A program made the position numbers and the translations under genes. Source: Ancylonema sp. (lineage: Eukaryota). From it: DNA of 27,731 nt. The notes beneath the pieces are model-generated. The model worked only from the letters and a program-made list of their open reading frames with translations, ran no database searches and was not told where the DNA came from. Positions 19,613 to 27,731 of this stretch are shown here, one piece after another. The first letter of the stretch is position 1; the number at the start of each line of letters is the position of its first letter. The stretch is taken from contig JBFLGF010000048.1 in NCBI GenBank assembly GCA_050230475.1, forward strand, positions 62,001-89,731, in the 5' to 3' direction.

Positions 19613-20255
19613 TGTATATATTTTCTGTTATTATAAGTGAATGTTTATGTGTGTGCATATTTTGGTCTATATACAAGTCCCATCCAAAAATAAGTCAACC
19701 AACATTTTGGTCATGATGAGAGTAAGGAAAACATTTTTGGGTTGTTTTATCCCCTAAGATCGGGTACATTTACAAGCTAGTGCACAACCGGAAAATGGCA
19801 AAGTAGGAAAGTTCCTAGTGATAGTGGTACAATATGTACAAGGCTATGCATCCTTTTATTCAATGCATAGCAAAATGTTTCAAGTTCCCGATCCGAGTCA
19901 CGCCCCCCCCCAGAAAGAGGAAAAGCTCTTGTGCCCCTCTCTACATACACCTTGCTTACACTTGGAGAAGTGAAATGGTGAGGTCACAACCGAGGCTACA
20001 CCATGGATAAACACACATGGTTCAAGATTTATCTCTAACTCACATAAATGAGGAACAACCAAATCCGCATTCTGCGTGGGTTAGATAGAGCAAAGCAAAG
20101 GTAAGAGAGGGCAAGACATAAATGCATGATTCAAAAAGTTAGTGGTGTTGATGGTGGTTCACAACGGCACAGTGATAATGGTGATATCACCCAATTCCCC
20201 TAGGAGGCTTGCCGCTACGTGCAAGACGCTTCCCACCTACCACTGGTGAGATAGA

Positions 20256-20744
20256 TGACGTGCTAGACTAGATCGTGTCACATGTACATGCACATACACT
20301 CTAAATGCTTCTATCACAACATCTCGACATACATTTGTACTTACAACATGTCGACATACATTTGCACACAACATCACATCTCATCGACATATTTAACTAA
20401 AGCGAGAGCGTTAGCAGGCTGCGTTTGGAAAGCGCTCGTTGAACGACTCGTGTTCACTCGAGGCAAGTCGGCAATTGTTGTGAGGACCATGCAAGCACAG
20501 TCCGAGGCACACTGGCAGGACAGCCGTGACATGCTGGACTAGATCGTGTCACATGTACATGCACACACACTCTAAATGCTTCTATCACAACATCACAACA
20601 TCACAACATCACAACATCACAACATCACAACATAACAACATCACAACATCACAACATCACAACATCACGACATACATTTGTACTTGCAACAAGTCGACAG
20701 ACATTTGCACACAACATCACATCTCATCTCCTTGACATATCTAA
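20256..20744. repeat. Direct duplication (20256-20396 vs 20527-20744), second copy carrying an expanded 8-mer
   Basis: Shared GACTAGATCGTGTCACATGTACATGCACA...CTCTAAATGCTTCTATCACAAC...CACATCTCATC. Confidence 0.9.
20584..20671. repeat. (ATCACAAC)11 tandem repeat
   Basis: 9 perfect units plus the variants ATAACAAC and ATCACGAC. Confidence 0.95.
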
Positions 20745-21522
20745 TTTCCCCCCTCCAACTTGCGTAACGCTGTGCGGTGCGCAGTTGGATACTCTAACAC
20801 ACTCATGCTCACACTCACACTCACTTGCACTAATATACAACAATACCCCCCCTAGTGCAATTCACACCCGCGCTCATAGCACCGCGCCAACATCACAATG
20901 CCCACACACTGCCCCCCAGTGCACATACTCCCAAATCAAAATATGAAACTACACCACCGGACTACGGAGTTGTAGGAACGTGCGTATCCAATACCCTCCT
21001 GTTGTCGCGTCCACAAGCCACTTTCCCCAACAGTGCTACGCACTGCTGGTGCTGGCCTGTCCTCAACTGCATTCCCATCTTGGCATCGCCACCATGCCCA
21101 TTCCGCACTCAACTTCACGCAGGGCTGCTGTTGACCCGCTCTCATCTTCACTCCTTATCGACATCCCACTTTCCTCATTCCAATCAGCGCCACGCAGTGC
21201 TGTTGTTGACCTGCTCAAGCCCATCATGGTGGAAGTATATGTGGGGCTGGTTTGCACCGCTGTACATCCTCCCTCCTATCACAATCTCTCCCCGCCAGGG
21301 GTCTATCTGTGGCACTCCACTGCGATAATCCCAACCAGCCATCTATTTCATGACTCCATTCCTCTCCAAACCTCATTCTTACCTCCACCAGCTGTCTCAC
21401 CTCAATCTGATTGCCTCCTCTTTTTCTTTGATTTTCTTTTATTATCGTTGTTACCCATGGCACCCCCTCAATATCTCTTCCCCCCCAGTCGTGTACCCAC
21501 AGACCAGGGTTGTGCGTGATAT

Positions 21523-24003
21523 TTAAGGCAGGCTAAGATTCCCCTCCACACCCCTTGTCCATGCCACCGCATCCACAGTTGCGCGCTGCGCTGTATCATT
21601 CATTGCAGCCCCCCCCAGCTGCATGTCCCCGTCCTCCTTTTCATTCTTGACCAGATCTGGCCCCTTGTGCACGCCCGGTGACGTGCCCATCATTCCTCCA
21701 TAGAAATGACATGCCAAGTAGTTCTTTGGCAGCTCCCTTGTCAGCTTCTCTGGCAGGCTGGCCACCCGATGTCCTCCAATGTCCCAATCAAGGCGATAAC
21801 AGAGTTTGTGGTGCCAAGTGTTGATCATGCCCCCCACCATGGCAATCAGCTCTATGCCAATCAGCACCGAGTAGCGTGTCGAGTGTGACACCACTACCTT
21901 CAAGTACGCGCTGATATAGTTTTTGGTCCCCCGCCCAATCAGAAACTCCACCGGCCTCTTGGTCACCCCACGTGGTGCCTCCAAAGTCCTTGTTGCTGTT
22001 ATGTAGGCCTCCCCACGCTCCAAGTCCTCCTCAGTCAGCCCCATCATGTCAGCCACCTCTTTTCCAATCATTACATTCTTTGCTCTTGTGTCGACAGCAA
22101 CATCCATTGGTATGATGTCGTCCATCGTGGAGCACCTCTCATCATTTGGGAGGGTCACCACGTTTCAGTCAGTTTCCGCCCTCTTGTCAGATGCGACTTG
22201 AGGGTATGCTGCGACGTCACGAACCTTTGAGTGGGCTTTGGCTACAGGAGAGAAAGTGAGGGCTTTGATTTTCTCGCCTAGTGTCAGACTTCCTGGCGTG
22301 ACCACTGAACTCAAATCCTGGCTTGTTGTGGGTCCCCTTGCCAACAAAGCCTGACCCTCCGGCAATTGTTGCTTGATTATTGCCTGCACCTGAGATTTAA
22401 GCTCAACACATTTGGTCCCAAGTCTCCCCTGCTCTATATCCATTTCTTGTATGGATGACAAAATCTCATGCAGAGTGCTTGGCGGTGGCAAGGTCTCAGC
22501 TGGCGGCTCTTGCAGGTTGACCATCTCGGGTGTCATCCGTGCCGCGTTCTGTAACCCCGTGGCTGCTGTGCTCCTGTTGGGTGTACGACCGTAATCTGGT
22601 CCAAGGGCCGAGCCCACTAGGATTACCGATCGGCCGACTAGGGAGGGTCGAGTAGGAAGAGGGGGGGGGGGAGGTTCTTTTGTAAACTCCGCACGCTCCG
22701 CTTGCTCTTCCTCATCTGCCTAGGAGACATGACGTGCCTTCTGGTGTTCTTGTTGTCGACGCTGCTCGGCAAGTCGCCCTGAGCGTCGAGGTTCGACTTG
22801 TAGAACTGCTGCTTGAATATTAGGGTAGGGGTAAGGGTGTAATTAGGGTGGTGGCACGTCTGATACCATCTATGTCGATGGACCAGGTGCCGTGTAGGGT
22901 TGTTGCACTGCTCCCCCCTCCAATGTCCCTTTGAGATGTTGTTGTGTTGGTGAAGTTGTAGCTGCAACAAGTAGTGTCGAAGGTCGGCTCCTGCATTGCA
23001 CCGCCGTGTGATGCATAGTCTCTCAATTCTCGGACTTGGCTCCTTGCGTGCTTGGACGGTTAGATCCCTTTTTCACGGTCGGTTGTGGTTGTGGTAGGGC
23101 TGATAATGGTGCAAGCTCCCTTGGTGGCTGCTACTGCGCGTATCTCCCTCCTCCTCCTCCTCCTCCTCATGCATCCCCTCCTCCTCTTGTTTGATGACCT
23201 CCTAGTGGCGCTGTCGACGCGTAGAGGCAAGCCGCCCTTTTATGCCCAGGCTGGTAGCAGTTGTAGCACGTTCCTCCTTGCCTTGCAGGTTGTATTTTCG
23301 GTGCAGCTTGTCGACCACCTTGTGCGTAGGGCTGAAAGGCAGGGATATTTTGTTGAGGTGTTGGCATCGGTTGTGGAGTCACGAAGATCCCTGCCATCCT
23401 ATCTGTTGCTGCTGATGTTGCCACCTAGCCCTTCTGCTCTGCTGCCATCACCCAAATCACACCTAATCTAATCATTGACTCCACATCCTCCCGCGCACGC
23501 CTCATCCCCTCCTCCATGTACCTTGCTACAATCAATAACTTGATGTGGGCTGGCAAGTAGCTATGGAATTTGTTGGTCAACATTGTCGGCGTGTACGCGC
23601 GCGTCCCCTCCACCACTTCAACAATCTCGTTGAAGCTGATGAAAATCGTCTCGACGCCATCCCTTGGCTTTGGTCGAAATGTTTCTAGCTTCGTCACGTA
23701 GTCGGAAGATGATAGCCTGAATCGCTTTTTTATGTCCTCCAAGAATTTTGACAAGTCTTGTGTCTCCCGAATTCCTGGTCGGTCCGGCTCTTTTGCAGCT
23801 CCTGGAAACATGGGGTTGGAGTTTTTGCACCACCACATGCATCGACGGTATCTCTTCCAGATCCTGCGTGCTGTAGTTTCTTGCTGTCGACGCTGTGCTC
23901 CAGGATCTCCTTCCTCTTTCTCCTCATCCGTCTGCACAAATCGCCTCCAAACTGATTGTGCCTCTCTTCCCAAGACTCTGCTCAGCTCCATCACGACCAA
24001 CAT
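21523..24003 (-). pseudogene. Ty3/gypsy-type gag (capsid-like region, CCHC knuckle) and aspartic protease, degenerate
   Basis: LSKFLEDIKKRFRLS...KLETFRPKPRDGVETIFISFNEI (gag); CYNCYQPGHKRAAC (knuckle); VAVDTRAKNVMIG...YSVLIGIE (retropepsin DTG/LIG motifs). Broken by stops and frameshifts. Confidence 0.8.
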
Positions 24004-24539
24004 CTGATTAGTTCCCTGCCGCTACCATCACTAATAAGCGCTCCACTGAGTCATGCAGTCGTCGATATCTCCGAGATGCCTGTTGCTTGAATCGTATATC
24101 GGTGGGGAAGATTTTTCGGGTCGAACTGGTTGTCGAAGACGAATTCTGATGGATGTTTGTCTAAATTTCGGGATAAATGCCCGGCTGGATTTATGGCTGA
24201 ATGCTCAGGAAAATGAGCTGATTGCTCTTCACTTCCCTGCACCACAAAATTTGAAAGTGCGTCTATATCTAGAGAATTGTCGGCTTGATTTGCCAAGGTC
24301 TCGTCGAAAAAAAAATGTCGTGCAATACTTGGGGTCTGAATCCAGGTCAAAGCTGGTTGTGCCGATGTTGAATGACTTCGTTCAACTCGATCAGATGCAG
24401 CTCCGTTCTAGTGTGAATCACTCATACATCTGAACTGAATTTTTCTGATTTTTTTTGAAAGGGTGTCGAACTTTATCGACGTTATTTTTGCGAGAAGTTA
24501 AAAGCGAGAGCGTTGGGACGCAAGTGTCGACAACTGTGG

Positions 24540-25330
24540 CCATCCGTGGTCAGACGTAGTACTGAGCCACTAACGCTTGAATTATGGCCACCCCATAGTG
24601 TCCCGCTAACGCGGAGTCGTGATATTGTTGAAGGATCTGCAGAATGAGGGGTGTGCCCGTAAGGGGGATACAGATGCGGCCCTGGGAGTATAGGAGCCCA
24701 TTCTGGAATGTGTAGTGACCCCGTGACCTGCCCGAAGGGTTGCCAATAGGCAATGTGGGGTTTGACTCCTCGCCACGCCTTATGAAGACTGTGATGATAG
24801 CAGAGAGGGCCTCATCTGCCGTCTGTGCTGCTGCAATTGCTGGGAGGAGTGGATCATCCGGCGACACCAACACCGCTACGCCGATGACCGATGGGGTATG
24901 AAAAAGGGGGGGAAGGAAACTTGAGTGGGGGAGGATGGGGAGGGAGGGGAGGAGAGGGGCGATGTAGTCGGGCCGCCGGGACAGAGCATCGGGTTTGCCT
25001 TTGCTGGCACCCTTGCAATAGACGATGTTGTAGTTGTAGGGAGCGAGGGTGGCCACTCGTCTGGCATGGCGTCGGGATGTTGTCCTGGCTTGCGAGAAGT
25101 ATTCAAGATTCTTGTGGTCTGTGTAGGATGTGCTGCCCCCTCGATGTAGATCCTCCACTGTCTGAATGCTGCTACTACTGCCAACAGCTCCTTGTCGTAA
25201 ATTAGGTAATTGAGTTTTGCTGCAGTGAACTTTCGTGAGTAATAACAGACTGGATGCAGGTCGCATATCGGGGATGGCTGCGACAAGATGCAGCCCAAGT
25301 AGAAGTCGGAGGCATCAGCTTCGATTGTGA
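24540..25330 (-). pseudogene. Ty3/gypsy chromovirus (Tcn1-like) RNase H and integrase Zn finger fragment
   Basis: IEADASDFYLGCILSQ, YYSRKFTAAKLNYLIYDKELLAVV, YTDHKNLEYF, KPDALSRRPDY, YHDSALAGHYG. Confidence 0.9.
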
Positions 25331-25334
25331 TACC

Positions 25335-26830
25335 GATACCCCAAACCGCGGATGGGAAGGGGGTGCAAATCCTTCCCCGATTCTCGAAATCCTGCCTTCA
25401 CTCGAGCGCAGGGGAGACAAGCCTCCACGACCGCCACCACCGTGTCCCCTAATCCCCGCCAGTTGTAGTTTTTTTGTGATCGATCGATGACCCGCTGCAC
25501 ACCGAAATATCCCATCCCGCGATGGGTATCCAATGCGAGCTTCATCCGATCATGTGGCGGGGAAACTGCCAGCAGCGCTCCTCCCTCCATGAGTTTGAAC
25601 AAATTGCAGTCCATCTAGCGGTATCCACGTCCCTTCTTGTAGATTCGGTCCCGCTCCCGAGCCGTAAGATCCTTACTGTGCTGGTGCGTTTGGATGAAGT
25701 GTAGTAATTTCTTCTCCTATTTTTGGTGTGGTGGCGTTCCCAGTGCTGCCACAGATGTCAAGTAGGTTGGGGTTACTCCTCGGCTCCGATCTAGGATAAT
25801 AGCATTCTCTTCCGAAACTAGGGGAAATCGGCTGAGGCAGTCAGCATTGGTGTTATCTACTCCCACCCAATGCTGCACTGTGAAGTCGTACTCTTGGAGG
25901 AGGAGGCTCCACCTTGCCATCTTGCCCGTGAGCTTCTGAGTAGTCATCAGCCATCGGAGGGGTTAATGATCGGTGACAAGAGTGAAGGAGTTGCCGCAAA
26001 GATAAGCCTAGAAATGGTTGGTGGCCCACACCATTGCCATACATTCACCGTCGAAAGAGGAGTAGTTGGGCTCTGAAGGGTTGCAAGAACGTGATGCGTA
26101 ACAGATTGGATGCTCCACGCCTTCTTCATGAAGTTGGCTCAGCACCGCTCCCATCCCCTTGTAGGTCCAGTCCGTCGTGACGATAAAGGACTTGTATGCG
26201 TTTGGCAGCTGCACCACGAAAGAGTGACACAGCTGCACCTTAAGTTCCTAAAATGCCTCCTCGTGTTTGTTGCCCCACTGCCACGCTGCATCATTTAGCT
26301 AGTTGAGGGGGTGAGCAATGGAATTGAAGTGCAGCACGAACTTTATGCAATAGGAGAAGAGTCCCAAGGCTGCACGCAGGCTCTGGACGTTGGTAGGTGC
26401 TAGCAGGTCCCGAACTGCTGCGAGCTCCTCCTCCGAGGGCTGCAGAGAGTTGGCGGAAATGCGATGTCCCGGAAAGTCGATGTCTTCTGCTCCGAAGACG
26501 CACTTTCCCGGATGCACCTTTAGGCCAGCAGGCCAGAACCGCTTGAAAATCTACCCGAGGTGTTGGATGTGCTCCTCCACTAAGCGAGACGACACGATGA
26601 TATCATCGATGTAGCATCTGCAGAAAGGGAGGTCCTTCAAAACGTGTTCCATCCGCCGTTGGAAGTACTTGGGCGCATTCTTCAGCCCAAAAAGGACGAC
26701 AAGCCACTCCCACATCACTCAGGTGACCCCCCAAAACGCTATTTTGGCTCGACCTTCTTGGCACAGCGGCATCTCGTGGTACCCACTACGCAATTCAAGT
26801 TTGGAAAATATTGATGAATCCATGGCTAGA
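25335..26830 (-). pseudogene. Non-chromovirus Ty3/gypsy RT-RNase H-integrase Zn finger fragment
   Basis: SKLELRSGYHEM, FGLKNAPKYFQR, CYIDD (26602-26613), HPGKCVFG; VTTDWTYKGMGAVLSQ, YASRSCN; LTGKMARWSLLLQEYDF; THRGMGYFG...CLPCAR. Confidence 0.9.
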
Positions 26831-27003
26831 TCGCACCAATCTCACTCACGAATCTAATAAAGTGCCCACGAATCTAATAAAGTACCCATACACTCGCAGT
26901 CATTACAGCAGTCACGCGTCAGCCATAAATTTGCCCATGTAAAAGATTAGGTCAGACAACGTCCCAAACAAGGACCTTGTATCGTGCGAGGCATAGTCTT
27001 TCT

Positions 27004-27731
27004 TGTGAGAGGACTTTAGTCTTTATCGAACCGTTAATCTAGATATTCCCCAATCTTGGTCAATCTAGACCCTTAACTCATAACTGTCAAGTTCGTCCGT
27101 ATACATCCCTCTTGTTCAATAAATAAGCAAACTTCCCAAGACTAATAAACGTGGTCAAGAGACCAACCTAGCCACTATATCTAATATCCAGCCTAGCCTC
27201 CAACTAGGGGTGCCCAACCGACCTGGTCTAGTACTTAGGCATTATTGTTGCCTCTACACCACAATCCCCTTCTCAACAATATGGCTAAGTTAACTACTAG
27301 CCACTACACATGCCCATGAGGGTCTTTACTACTCCCAGCACTTTCACCCCTACATGCTTTGTAAGCTGATCAGCAGCCATTGCAAGGCCTAACAAACTCA
27401 AATGTAACCTGCCCACTCTCCAACTTCTCCCTAATAAAGTGATATTTAATTGCAATGTGCATGCTCCTCTTGTGAAAAATTGGGTTCTTAGCTAGTTTGA
27501 TAGTTGGCTAGTTATCCAACAGTAGTAGAGTCCCTCCCTCCTCAACTCCAATCCCCATCTCAACTTGCAACTTCTGCAAATACAAATCCAAAAACCCAAA
27601 AAAAAACCCATAACCAATAAAAAAACCCAAAAGCACAGCATGGCCCATGGCCATGTACTCCGCCTCTGTGCTGCTGAGTGCCACCACATCTTGCAACTTG
27701 CTGCCCCAGCTGATAGCTGCCCCTCCACTTA
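27004..27731 (-). mobile_element. Copia 3' part: RNase H pseudogene (27731 to ~27298), PPT (27265-27274), 3' LTR (27263 to ~27004)
   Basis: AAISWGSKLQDVVALSSTEAEYMA, KNPIFHKRSMHIAIKYHFIRE, AADQLTK, GMCSG*; GAGAAGGGGA-T-TGTGG...CTCACA. Same family as 10270-10565. The LTR far end is tentative. Confidence 0.88.

Noticed and set aside
24051..24433. ORFs 24051-24350 (-) and 24053-24433 (+) as genes
   Set aside because: No recognisable motifs; probably the leader or decayed N-terminus of the gypsy gag.
21523..26830. One complete gypsy element
   Set aside because: RT/RH lie upstream of gag on the minus strand and a chromovirus fragment intervenes.
26847..26888. 20-bp tandem duplication CACGAATCTAATAAAGT(G/A)CC
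   Set aside because: Ordinary slippage duplication in TE debris.

Overview
Eukaryotic, intron-containing plant-lineage (streptophyte) DNA. The host gene and TE families suggest a charophyte/zygnematophyte alga or early land plant; this is inference. The window holds one intact host gene, a 12-exon PRP40C-like splicing factor (2 WW + 4 FF domains, + strand, 13593-18871, 789 aa as I splice it). It sits in a dense set of decayed, nested and truncated transposons: several Ty1/copia fragments, Tcn1-like chromovirus and non-chromovirus Ty3/gypsy fragments, solo LTRs, two pogo/Tc1-like MITEs and a probable endonuclease-type Helitron (Helentron) relic. There is one N at 10566, probably an assembly join. 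The most interesting patterns are four. (1) Three unrelated copia LTR-PBS junctions each have the gag ATG inside a U5 hairpin of the LTR, reading in frame through the tRNA-Met PBS (G-I-R-A). (2) A copia PR-IN ORF runs in frame into a gypsy chromovirus integrase. (3) A helicase-to-AP-endonuclease Helentron junction lies just downstream of the gene. (4) The PRP40C appears to lack one FF domain and has G-rich splice acceptors. I found no clearly new multi-gene system.
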